Source: Yuukianura sp. NJ FZ-2021
Taxonomy: Eukaryota
Assembly: GCA_046563655.1 (NCBI GenBank)
Contig: CM102283.1
Location: 806,001-870,000, forward strand
DNA: 64,000 bases
Reading direction: 5' to 3'
Positions 34,939 to 47,571 of this stretch are shown in pieces. Every line of letters starts with the position of its first letter. Position 1 is the first letter of the stretch. The notes beneath the pieces were generated by a model, which was given only the letters and a program-made list of their open reading frames with translations, did not search any database and was not told the DNA's origin. Made by a program: the position numbers and the translations under genes.

Positions 34939-36550
34939 AACGATAAAAAGTTTGTTAATTTGAGAACTTACGATTTCGTTCTGACAGCGGCTAATAATAT
35001 CTTAATTTTATCATTAATTTTATCAAATAATATATCAATTTTTGGAAGTATATTGCGAATCTGAAATCCGTTTTTATCGGCCACGCCTCTTGGTGAGGTT
35101 GGTTAATGCAGATGCTAACAGTTTGAACATCACATAAAGCATGAAATTTCTAGTTTGATATTTTAGTTCTGACCCTTTGTTTACTGTAAAATAATTTCGT
35201 TGCTATTCTAAAATCATTATGCTATATTTTATAGCAATTTTGATGACTGAACATAAATGCTCGGAACTGATCAAACAGTGGCCTAAGTTAACTGCGACTA
35301 TTTTTTTTGTAGGAAAGAGGTTAGAAGGTGTGATGGTGTTTAAAAAAAAACAATATTTGAAATTTTTTTTAATTTCTCATAAATTAGGAAGATGCGTTGA
35401 AGATGCCATTGTTCAAATCCCGGCCTCTGACGAATTGTATATTTTTACTGCCAGGGGTTGAGGTTGGTTATATTGTTGAATATTAAATCTTGTTGTCGTT
35501 GTTGCCGCTGTCAACAAACTTTTTACCGTTTGAAGAAATCTAAAGGTACGTTACGTATATTTGGCTTCGAATTAGTTTAAACTTTAAAATTGAAGTAAAA
35601 ATTCTGAACCTGAAGACGAACTTGTTCAAAACTTCAAATTCATTCAAATCGTAAATTGGTTTCAAAGAAACTAACCTGGATTTGGTAGTGCCCATCTTTC
35701 ATGGATTCACAAAAGTTGAATGTCCACCACTTGTGACCGGCGTTGAACATTCGCATGGCATAGTGCCAAGTAGTTGTCGAAAGCATTTTACAACGGTAGC
35801 AAAAATGGCTGTGCAATTCAGAAAGAGACCGTCGATTTTATTAGAATCATTTCGCACAGAGGTTGTAACAAGTTATGACTTAATATAATGGCCGCGTATG
35901 TCCTTCTCCTCGTAAGCTTAGTCTTTTTATAGTTGTTTTGTCTAAAATGTTTTGTTGTTGCTTGAAAGAATTCTGAGATTACCAATTCTTCCAATGTCAT
36001 TTTTTTTAGATAGCGGTGATTCAATGGACAGATCAAAATGTTCTACTGCGGTGACCAGCATACCAACATAGAATAAAACATGCCTTTTTTGTGTTAGCAA
36101 TATAAAACATGTTTTTTTTTTGACATTTTTAAAAATTTGAACATGTTTGTTTTTTTTTTCAACTTTTTTGCGTTTTAAATTTTTAGAACAGGAGAATTCA
36201 AAAATTCTTCTTCTAGAACGACCTTTATTATCAAAAAAATCAAAATACGTCTTTAAACAAAAAAAGATTGCTTTTATATTTTAAAAAGGCGAAATAACAC
36301 AAGAAGTTGTAGAGTTCCAGTAATTTTCAAATGCAGGATGAAAGGTCCATGAAGTGGAAATACCTATGAGACTTTTGGTCCTAAATTTCTCGTTATGTGA
36401 TGTCCAATCGTACGTCAATTCTTAAAGTGTGGCTGTATTTTTCAGAGCGTCGTTTAGTGCTTTCAGAAGTTCCGTTCAACGTCAAATTGATAATCACATT
36501 AATTGAAAATTTTAAGTAACCGGGCTAACGTTTCTTTTTGAAATTGTTAT

Positions 36551-37481
36551 TCAGTTGCAGCGTTTCCAAACAGTTGGGAATTCTTGTGAAGCGGCTACTG
36601 GTTGCCCAACTTCGAGCATTCCCGTGGTCGGAGGTGACGTAATCCATGGTCTGCTGGCAATTACTGCATCATCACCTAATGATAACGCAGTTTACAGATA
36701 TGTTTCCCTTACTTTTATTTTTAACCAAACATTTTTTTGAGTCTAAGTTCCCTTACTTTCAATTAATTAACTTACCAAGCCAACGAGTGCTTAAAATTCG
36801 TCTGGGATGGATCGACAAGTTTCCTGGAGCTCCATGCAGCGTTTTCATGTGAAAAGCGACGCAGTCGCCTGGATTCAAACTCCAGCGTAGAAGGCGCTCT
36901 TTTTCAATGACATCATCGCGTGGAACGTTGACCCACGCTCGTCCACTGCCGTTTTTATCGCAATGCTCAAATGGATAGTTGAGTCTTGTAGCAAACTTTC
37001 TTGGCATGAACCACTGTGGCCACCGATGTGACCCAGCCACAAAGGTCAATGCACTGTTGACATCTACTGGATCCACGGGCATCCAGATAGACAGACACTG
37101 GGAAGCATCCACTGGATAGTAAGGGAGGTCAGCATGCCAAGGTGTGCTCTTGTCCGTTCCGCTGTCTTTGACCAGCACATGCTCATGGTAAAAGATGGCA
37201 TTGTCAGAGCGCATGAGCTGTCCGGCGATAGCTGCCGCAGGAGAATTGAGCACAAAGTCCTTGAATTCTGGAATTTTGGTCCAGTTACAGTAGTCGTTGA
37301 AGTAGACTCCAGGACTGTTGGCCCCTTGAAGTCGTTCTGCGTACATGGACGGATTGCGCAGGTTGTATTCGATGCCATTCGTAGCTTTAGAAATCCAGTC
37401 CGCCGAAAAAACTCCGCGGAGACAAATTGCCCCGTCTTGCTCGAACGTTTGAATTTCTTCTTCCGTCAATTGCAGCGTCAT
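36551..37481 (-). CDS. Phytanoyl-CoA dioxygenase (PhyH) family Fe(II)/2-oxoglutarate dioxygenase
   Basis: F..DG...LRGVF, TPWHAD (HxD), SIWMPVD, L.FVAGSHRW, PGD.VAFH..TLHG, RR..S.R. Exons 37481-36776 and 36675-36551 (GDDAVIASRPWITSPP...FPTVWKRCN*) joined by a GT-AG intron. Confidence 0.92.
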
Positions 37482-39023
37482 CTTGCAAGGATTGAGCAAC
37501 CAGCCCAGGGTAAAATTTGGTTAAAATTGAACGTAATAATTAAATGTGTGAACAATAAAATATATAAATAGCATAGAAATTCACAGATGCAATGCGATGA
37601 CTAAAATCTTCAAGTCAAAATCGAAATCAAAATTTGCAAATGGTGATCAATATTTGAGGGGGTTTATATTTGAGGGAAAAACGCAAAATACAAAACGTTC
37701 ACGTTTTGTTCACGTTGTGATCATGATGATCAAACAAATCAATTTTTCCTGCATCTTCGCCGTCTTTTTGGAAATGGAACGTAGTTATGTCGTATAATCG
37801 TTTCAAAATGGAAATTTTAGAGGAAGTACGTGGGAATTAAAAAATGAAAGATGGATAACACAATGTAAACTAGGTCAGTGACCCTTAACTTCGCATTTTG
37901 GTAGTTTACGCGTGTACGCAGGTCTGTCAGTTTTTTGAGTTCATTGACCCCACTTTATTCCATCACTAACTTTATACTCATTTGAAGTGTATGTGAACAT
38001 TCACTTTTGGCTACTTGTGTTTGTTCACTGTGAAATTTCAAGTGTCAGTTTTGTAATTGGTTTCCTACTACAATTAGTTCAAGTGGGAAAGAACATGTTG
38101 CAGAAGAGCAACTTCCTACGCGTTCGTTAATAAAACTCAAGTTTGATCAAGTTATCAACCATGCTTAGGCTCTCATAACAGTTATTCCTGAGCATAATTT
38201 GCAAAAGTTAATGTAATTGACGATTAAATTAAAATGTAAAACTGAAAGTTTGATGTGCTAAATGTAAAATCTCTGTTTAAAAGTTTAGGAAGATGTAACT
38301 CCCCCAGCAGCCAGAGGCAGTCTGATTATCAATCATCTTCTCTCTCACTTGTTTACCGTACCACCACCCATCCCAATTCCACTTTAAGAGTGATCTGTGT
38401 ACTGTGGGTAGTGGGTGTAACAACATACTAACATCACATTAACATGTACTAGCACAGTCTGGAAACTTAGAATTCAATTAGTTGTAGCAGATTACTCTGG
38501 AGAATCCCACTTCATCCCATGATTACTCATTCGGAATCCTTTGTTATTGTTTTCATCCCTCTCAAAACAAAGTGTGAAAACATGTTAAAAGTGATTGGGG
38601 GATGATACAAAGGTTCTTCATCCCTGTTTTTGGTAAGTCGGGCTTAGTGAAAATGATTAATCAGATTGGCACGACTCAGGTGACCTAACGTTTTGTGACT
38701 CTGTTCTTAGATTGTTTTGGGTATTCCGTGCCCTTATGCCCGAAGGAAGACTGAAACACGAAGACGTTTAAGCCTTAATAAAAATCAATAACACGCGCCG
38801 CTTCCACTCCTATTGATCCTGACGACACAGACGAACAACCAGCATAGAAGACAAGTCCAAGTTCACATTCCTACTTGGTTGCTATTGAATGTTTGGGATA
38901 CTTTCCAGGAAGTGCATTTAGAAAGCTACCGAGAAGTTAAGTGTGTCAGTAGTCTATTGTCTAATTAAGACAATACAGGATGCAAAAGAAGTAGAGTAAT
39001 AAGTTGCTTCAAGGCAGAGTGCG

Positions 39024-42000
39024 ATGACCCTGCATCTACAGGAAGGAGAGGTAAGATTCTGTTTCGGGCATATTTTTTATTTATTTTTCTGTCATTACTG
39101 ATTAATCGTTTTAATTACAGAAGGTGAAGTTGGATTTTGAGGGTGTGAATGGAATAAACAACCCAGAAGTTCGTCAAGTAGCGGAACTCATACGATCTGC
39201 TTGTGATCATGTTCTGTTCCACTGGAAATCGTTTCCAATCAACCTTCCTCCTTCCATCACAGATCAAAAGGGCCTCTGCCTCAAGGATGTTTTTATTCTA
39301 CCGACTTTCGACGAACTGGATGCCCTTACGACCGATTCCAAAGGAAATCCAAAGTTCCTGTCGCATAACCAACTGCAATCGATCAAACGCAGGGGGTAAG
39401 TGAATTTGAACAGCTGATGACCCATGACCCGAACCATTAACTTCATGTTTACGACAAAATGTCGTTTTGGTTTTTGTTTTTCAGACACTTTACTGTAACA
39501 AGTGAGAATTTTCCTGGCCAAACGCATGTTTGGAAGCTTCATCCACTATTTCAAAAGGGAATTGAAACTGCCAGAGAGGAATTCCTCGATGGGGTGGCAT
39601 ACGGTCTCCGATTTTTGGTTGTGTACGTTCCCCAGTTAGTTCTTGGACCCTGTCACAGTGTCCTTGCCGCTCTCAATTCTCTGAAAACTGACCTCATAAA
39701 TCTCATTGGCAAGTTTCAAATAATATCAAATACACTGTGAGTAACATGTTAAATATTGTTGATTGATTACTACCAGATCTTCTCGTGGGATGGGGAAGAG
39801 TTCATGTACCGAATGTCGAAAGACGAATTGAAGAAGAGAGAGCCAAATTCCTCGTGGCGGAATTGAGGTGCAAGGTAAATGGACTCAATGTTTACGCTTC
39901 CGAATTATAAACAAACGTGTCTCGGCATTCATTTTCACCTGCTAAATGCTTAACTTCCCACTTTATATGCTCAAAATACTTCAAAGCAGTTTGTTATTGT
40001 TTACTTTCGTTGATTAGGGTGATGGAGCCAGGGAAGTTGGACGATATGTACGGAACCAGGCTTCAAAAGCTCTTCGCGAAAAGGTGACAATGGCCATGGA
40101 ACGTCCGCCGCCAGTGCCCTTTCGTTTCACGACTCCCGTTTCCATGGATGTTGACCTCCGCCTCTTTGACAGGTTCGGCGAAGCGTCAGTTTTCATATCA
40201 AAGTTTACCCAAATCGTAAAAAAAATGATGCATTACTTTGATTTTATACTGTTCTGCTTATTAGGGACCTGTTTCGACGGTTGTCTGTTCCGCTGAGTGG
40301 AATCCTGGAAAAAGCTAGCCGAGGATTCCTTTCTGTGCGGGAAAAAGTGATACGGCAGCTTTCTGGTAGAAAGATGACAGCAGCTCAAATGGAAATGGTT
40401 TGTTGAAAAAATTTTTGTTTTAAGAATTCAATGCTTTTTGGAACCTATTACTTCTACTTCAATCAAATTTTTGGCAGGAAGCAAATCAGTTGATGATGGA
40501 AGAATACTTACGAAGAATCGCTGTAGCCCTAAGAATCTCGCCGCTGATTTCGTCTTGTGCTCCCGACATGGATCGCCTTCTTCTCGAGCAAGGCACAGTC
40601 CATGTTCTAATGCAGAGGTGCTTATGATTATGACTATCTAAAATCTAAATACACGTCTAAAGTATCCAAAACAAAAAGAAAGAACTAGCTTAACTTTCCA
40701 TTTTTAGAGCCGTGGACGAAGTATCGCTTCGTTGTGATTCGTATTTAGCGGAGGAGCGAAAGTTGTTGGTCGGAGAGTATCCGATTCTCAGCAGAGACGA
40801 AGTTTGGATGCGGATTCAAATGGAAAAAGCAAAAGTGAGTGTTTTCATTTTTAGAAAGGTCAAGATGTGTTTTTTAATGTCAAGAATTTAAAAAAAAAAT
40901 GTGTTTCTTGAAATGCCAGAAAAAATTCCTTGCTGAGAATCAATGGATGGCCCATGAGATTGGACTTGAGTTGTGTGCAGATCGATTTCTCAAGCAGCAT
41001 GCCTACTTCCTTGCCAGAGATTTAGTTTTTATGAGAGACGTAAGCGAGAAAAGTGACCTTCAACTTTATGAAAACTTTATTCTTTGTCTATTTTGAGAGT
41101 GGACAAGTTTTGGAAATGGGCAAAGTTTCGTTTTGTTTTGTAGACATCCGCTGTTTTACGAAAGGAAATTCAGGGAGACAAAGTTCCTTGTCGAACTTTT
41201 GAGTGGAAAACACTCATTTGGCGACCTACTAACTACGTTGTGATGCGCACACTCAATGGAAACACGGAAACGATTCCTACGGTGATAAGTCAACTCTCGA
41301 CTACAATCACAAATCCCAGGAGCGATCCGTACCACGTACGAACTTTTGCAAAACTACCTTGTCAATAACATTTCTAAAAACTTAAGAAAGTGAAATCCGA
41401 AGTTTTCTTTTCTAAAAACTTTTGTGTTTTTTTTTCGCCAGCCCATGTTCAGCCTGCGTCGTGTGAGGAGTCGGTGCACAACGACAAGATGGCCACTATG
41501 GCGCCTCACCAACTACCTTTTTCGTACATTCTGCTGGATCCTCAACTCTGTCTACTTTTTTGGCTACCAAGTTCCTTGGAATTCAGCGTTGTCGTTCCAG
41601 GCCCTGTTCCGATCCAGACCATTCCTTGTGTCCCTTGTTCTCAACCAAGTCAATGGAAGTCTCTGTCCCAAGAAATCCTCTGAAACTGCAACTCTTGCCT
41701 CCAGACTCAGGGCTCTCTGGCGACATATATCCAAAGCAAGAACGAAATTTGAATCGGAACCTGATACGGGATTTCTGGGAAAAGGGGGTGCACGGTTCGT
41801 CAATCGGTTTTGGAACTACGGAGTTATTGGTTTCCTCCCTTCGCTACTCTTGCTCACACTCTTTCCTCTGACAGTCATTGCCATTTCTCTGACAAGCCTC
41901 GTCCTGGCACTGACGGCTCCATTCTGGTAAGAGTTTTTACTAAAATTATACCAGGAATTAAAAACAAAATGTGTTGAAAATGTATCAGTTTGGGAAATTG

Positions 42001-44075
42001 TTAAACAGGATCCCCGTTCTGGCCCTTGTCTTCCATATCTTCTCCATTTTGTGCTACGATGCTGATGCTCCTGTCCAAACACAAGGAAAAAGATTTTTCC
42101 CACTATTGCGTATACTACTTTCCATTTTGTTTTTGGGTGTAACGAAAGGCGTTTTGAGCCTTCTTGGGACGATCATCGTTTGTCCTCTAACGACTGGCAT
42201 AATTCTGATATGTAAGTTGTCAAATTTATTTATTTATGTATCAGTTTATTTCTTTAAAATTGTGTAAATATTTATATTATTATTAATTGTTCAATGCAGA
42301 TGGATTATTAAGTTACGGTATACGACTCGGGTGGGATTGGATGATGTTCCATGCTCTGATTCGGCCCAAAGGGCGACTTCCCTCTTCCAATAGTGCTCTC
42401 GTCAAGCGAATTTTGGGGCCAGGACTTGGACCTGAATTCTATTTTGAAGTGAGAAACTTGAATTAATTAAATTGTATTATTCATAATGTTGTATTTAATG
42501 TCTATTTTTTTATAATAATTTACTTTTCATTCCAGATCAGTATTGAGCAGGCGCTAATTGCCTTTCAGTCACGCCTTGAAGGAGAAGAACTTACCGTTTT
42601 CTACCAGTCGATGAACAGAAGCATCAACTCTCCGCTTTCCGAGTTTAAATCTTTCCTAACTCAGCTTTTTACTCCCTTCTCCGGGGATTTGAGAGAATCT
42701 GAAGGGGTCTACAAGGATCTCATTCGTGAAACGCACACGCTCCGCGCTTATCTCGAAGAAAAAGTGAATCGACGAAGAACTCAACTGGAAACAGGCCTAG
42801 GTAACTCGTACACTGGAAATCTAAAGTTGAATACGAACGAGAACATGTCAATAACCAAAATTGTGTCACTATTTCAATTTCAAATGACAAAATTGCCCTC
42901 TATTTACTAGGTGTGGGAACTCGGTCGAGGATTCGAATGCCAAAAGACGATTTGGAACGAGCGTTACTGCGAGGATGTCGAATGGCCGAAGGATTCTACC
43001 CAACGTCAATTTTCAGCCGAATGCCCAACAGTGAGGAGGTGGGGGCATATTGGGAGGGGAGGGGACTTGACTCGGGTGACTGGAAGGCTCTCACGGCACT
43101 TTTGTTCACGGAAGTATTTTCTCAAGATTTCCTCACTCCTCTCACAGACTCCGATGTCGCTTTTCGCCTTCACGTGAGTTATTTGGATTTTGAAATTTGA
43201 AGATTTCAGTTTTGTTTTGCTTCAATAGTAATGTTCTGATTGGTTGTACTCTCGGCAGATGGATGTGGAGCATATGCCAATTCCTACGGAGTATGCTCTG
43301 GAAGAAGATGACGAGTGGAATGAGAGGGAGGTCGTGACACTGTCAAAGGCCAACTACCAGATTCACTCACCCTACTTGGACGTCTCTGCCTTTAATCCAC
43401 TTGCCTCTAGATCCTCAAAAACTACTCAATTGTAAGAGATTCACATTGGATCATGTCATTAACCTAACTAACCTATTCACATTTAAACTTTGCAAGGTCG
43501 GAGGATTCCGTTGGAGGAGAAATGGCCATCCCGCTACCGATTCCACACCCAGCTTATATATCTGTCATAATTCATAATAGAGAAACCGAAAGTCCGTTCC
43601 AGTGGGAGACACCAATTGCACAAGCAATCATCAAAGCCCTTCAGGTATAATGCTGTACCAATGTATAATGCGGAACAAATCTTTCAAAGCCGTGATGCTT
43701 GCGATACGTCACTGCGATGAATACCCATTTTTCGGAAACTAATCTGGAATTTTTGTTTTTCAGGATTCTGGTCCAGTTCTAGAACAGGACTGTGTAAGCT
43801 TAGATCTTAGTTCGATTTCTTCCTCAGACTCTCTGGAAGATGACACAGAAGTACGAACTAGTTCTCAATTAGAAGAAGACGAAATAAGTCCGTCTCCCTT
43901 GAATCTCGAAGTGATAATTCCAGCCGATAGTAGCCCACCACAGCGGAGACAAACACCGTCACTGCCGTTGGTCACATCCCGACATGTAGCAGGTCACTCC
44001 TCCAAAGCCAGCTTAGCGTCTCCAGAAGAAATGAGTATTGGTGACGTTAACCCAAAATTTGGAACTTCTGTATGA
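39024..44075 (+). CDS. Large multi-exon uncharacterised membrane protein
   Basis: Well over a dozen short exons with GT-AG introns; hydrophobic segments at ~41800-42350 (LPSLLLLTLFPLTVIAISLTSLVLALTAPFW etc.); ends NPKFGTSV*. Exon chain not verified junction by junction. Confidence 0.75.
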
Positions 44076-44583
44076 AACCGGAACTGCATAACATTTTAGT
44101 TACTGCCCAGAAAAGTTGAACTTCCGTTCAATTTTATTTTTAGCGTCACCCGACATTCTGCAACTCTGAGTTGTTTTAGAATTTTAAGGAAAGACATGAA
44201 GGGATTTTGATTGCTAAAAATTGTGAGTTGTGAGTTAATTTTAACAGAGTTTATTGTGATATTTAACCTTCCATGCAGCAGCTTTATAAGTTCTGATAAT
44301 TTGCTTTCACATTCACTCCACCGAAAATAAACCGCGCATGTGAGACAGTGAAAAAAGTTTTTGTGAGAATTCCCTTTTTTGTTAGTACGGACAGAAGTGA
44401 GAGGAGAGATATACGGGTGAGAAAGTTTAGTGTGCGGGAGGTATGGTTTTTTGGTGTGAGGAGAGTTTGTGCTCGATATTTTTGTTCCGAACAAACATTC
44501 GGTTGTAAAAGTTTGTTCTACTTTTAGAATTAATTAACAAACAATTAGTTTAAGTAATAATTAACTAAAGTCTAGATAAAGTG

Positions 44584-45634
44584 ATGTCAACGATTGCAGA
44601 GGAAGACGAAGTCCAGTTAGATGGGCATGAACACGAGGAGGACGTGGGAGTAGAAGATGTGGAAGCAGTTGACCTGCTGATTTCTGCCGTCAGAAAAAGA
44701 CCAGCACTGTATGACGTTGGACACGAAGATTTTAAAAATTTGGCTATAAGAAATGGTGGATGGGCAGCAGTTGGCGCTGAAATTGGAAAATCCGGTGAGT
44801 TACATTTAAAATAAAATTTTACATGAAATTAATTCTTTAAATTAATTAAAGTGATTTGTGTTTTGTTTTTGTGTAAATAATTTTGGTTTTTTAATGTTTG
44901 TCGAGTAGGTCTTTGGTGCAAGTCGGAGTGGGTGAAGCGTCGTGCAGCGTATGTTCGGAAGAGAAAATTCCTCCGAGAAAAAACTTCGCCTGGACATAGA
45001 AGGAAACTGATCATGCGCGATCCGTATTACCGGAAGATGGCATTTCTGGACGGCACTCTTGTGTCAGGGTCAGCCTGGTCCGCGGCGGCCGGGTAAGCTG
45101 AACGTTGAGTCTTGCATCGCAGAACCGTGGAAAATTTTCCCAGCACAACAACAAAAAACATTTGTTTTTATTACAGCAAAGAACGAGCCGAGAGGAAGAT
45201 GTCGCGGTCGCGGATGATGGCGGATTCCGAGGATTCGCGGGACTCACGAAGTGAAGTTGACGACGACGATCCACTGGACGATCCTCCGAAGACTCCCGAG
45301 ATCAAACTCGGATTAGGACTGACTTCGTTCACGAATCTCGTAAGACTTTACGACGAAAAATTCCAACTTCCCTAACTTTGTTTAAAAATTCTTTTTTTTT
45401 TTATAGGCAAGACTGCCTACTCCAGCCTCAAATGGGGCTAGAAAACAGCAATCATTCTCATTTCAGTCTGAATCGAGCAGTTCTTTACCAAGAGTTGAAA
45501 AAACTCAAGGTCACGACGAGTACTACCACTACTGTCAAAGTCTGGCCGAACGCATGCGTAAACTGGAACCGGAAATGGCTTCATACCTCATTCTCAAGAT
45601 TGACGAACTCGTCCACGAGACCTTGTACAAATAA
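44584..45634 (+). CDS. MADF (Myb/SANT-like) domain protein with BESS-like C-terminus
   Basis: LISAVRKRPALYD...W.AVG.EIG | CKSEW...R.AYVR...YYRKMAFLD, and a C-terminal DEYYHYCQSLAERMRKL...ILKIDELV; four exons. Confidence 0.85.
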
Positions 45635-45826
45635 ATGTTTATCTTCGAATTAGATTATTTCATATACGTTTATTAAAATATGTTCAAATATTTGATACTT
45701 TACGTCCGAAATCTCTGGGTCACGCATTGACTCATTGGACATGGAACCGAATTTGAATTTGATTCTTGAAGGAATTGATCTTGTCAAGGTGGCAAATTAT
45801 TTGTCACTGCGAAGGTGTAAGCTCAC

Positions 45827-47114
45827 TCAGGCTTTGAGAGAGAAGATATGAAGCCTCTTGGAGTCAAAATAGACTGTGGCCATGGTGTAAGTTCCTTCAT
45901 CTGGATTTGCGTGAATGTTAAGACCATATGCCAAATCTCCCTTATGTTCCAGACAACAGAAAGTGGTTTCGTAGCTCCAGTCTTGTGGATTGACGCTAAT
46001 AACATGAATTCCGTTCCGTCCAGCCGCAATAGCGATGTTCAGTTTCTCATTTTCTGCGGCTTCTTCATATGGTAACAAACTGGGAAGCCAAGATGTTCGC
46101 CAAACAGTGCCACATAAGTCCACGTCGAGGAGTGGAGATGGCGATATGGTCACGCGGCCGGTGGAATCGTTTATACTTCGATGAAAAATCCGAAGGTGGT
46201 CATCATAACTGCAGTTTAGAAAAAACAACATGATTTGGTAAAATTGGAACACGTGAAAAATAATCTGATCGAATTTACCATCCAACAGCAACAATATCCC
46301 GTTTGGTAAGAATGGAAGTGACCCCGGTTTCAAATTGATGTTTTGCATGAACAGAAGGATTCTTGAGATCCTTCAAGTGAAAGGCACGAAAGTAACCAGC
46401 GTCGTCGCCACTGTAAACCAATTGGTTGACTGGGTCAAAGTGCACGAACCAGACGAAGAATTTGTGCAGTGGAGCAGTGGTTATACCACCCTGAATATCA
46501 CCAGCACAAAGATGATTTCCTTCATCGTCGCAAGATGATCCGACGTTTCCATTGTCCGCTCTCGTCCACACTGTGACATTTCCAGCCGAATCGGAATAAA
46601 GTACATCCGTGCCATTGAGCCATGTGACATATAGAACCATGTCTGGGAAAGTTTTCAGCGAGTCTGTTTTCAGAAGACGAAACGTTTCTTCTGGTCCAAG
46701 TCCTTCCAGTCGAAATATGAAGATGATTTCTGAAGTGGCCACGACCAGTTTTGTTTCAGTTGAAGGATCCCACTTGATGTCAAGAATACCCGGCAACTCT
46801 GGGATGGTTTGGATAATGACATATCCAGCAACATTGTCTGGACATAACTTGGCCAGATACAAGTTGCCAACACGTCGTCCAGCATCCAGTGGGTCAATTT
46901 CGTAGGAACCAAAACTGAAGAGGTAATGCTGATGATTCCAGGCAATGGAATCCAATTGATGGGGTAGTACATCGTTGACGATGGTAATAAAAGGTTCTTC
47001 CGGGTCTAGTTCAAGTTGAGCCAAGGTTTGAATTGCTTCGTCCATTATTACAAGATGTTCCTGTGAAGAAGCTTCTTGGTCTTGAGCATTGTTACCCCTT
47101 TGATTCGGGGACAT
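45827..47114 (-). CDS. DPH7: Divergent WD40 protein similar to diphthine methylesterase DPH7/WDR85
   Basis: DSIAW, GSYEI, GNLYL, GILDIKW, VYSGDD, GVTSI, VGCYDDHLRIF, GTVWRTSW, EHKGDLAYG and FDSKRLHIF follow the DPH7 motif order; one intron 46278-46209. Confidence 0.75.
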
Positions 47115-47217
47115 TTTAGCAACGTAAATATTCACAAGAGGTTTATAGATAACAACGTTTAAAGATTTACACAGTTCACTTGTTAAGTCCTGAGTATGAA
47201 ATGTTTTGAACTCATTT

Positions 47218-47571
47218 TCACTGACGAGCACTGCGTTCCGTTTCCATTAAACATTCACGAACGAGGATTCTTGCATGTACAATCGATCGCTTGAGTCGTT
47301 CAGCACTGCTCTTACTCCCAGCATATGTTGGGCGAATATCTTTCCCTGAAAGAGATGGGATTAGTTTAGTTTTACTACTTCAGTACTTACTACGTTTTGT
47401 GCGTTAGACCTTTCGTTGAAACATACCCATTTCTTCGAGAACTGCCAGTAGTTGGGCGTACTTGGATTGGGGAATGTTCTGCTGAGCTCTCAGGAATACA
47501 GCGGAATTGAAAAAATCAAGGCTAGGATTGACTGCCGTCGGAGAATCTGCATTCATGAAATCTTCGTCCAT
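47218..47571 (-). CDS. CDK2AP1: Cyclin-dependent kinase 2-associated protein (CDK2AP1/DOC-1 family), absent from the ORF track
   Basis: Exons 47571-47427 and 47345-47218 splice to MDEDF...[57 protein letters not shown]. An upstream acceptor at 47624-47625 implies a further 5' exon. Confidence 0.95.

Noticed and set aside
47115-47231. N-terminal extension of the DPH7-like ORF as given by the ORF track
   Set aside because: It begins at a GTG inside the CDK2AP1 coding end in another frame; the first ATG at 47114 is the more plausible start.
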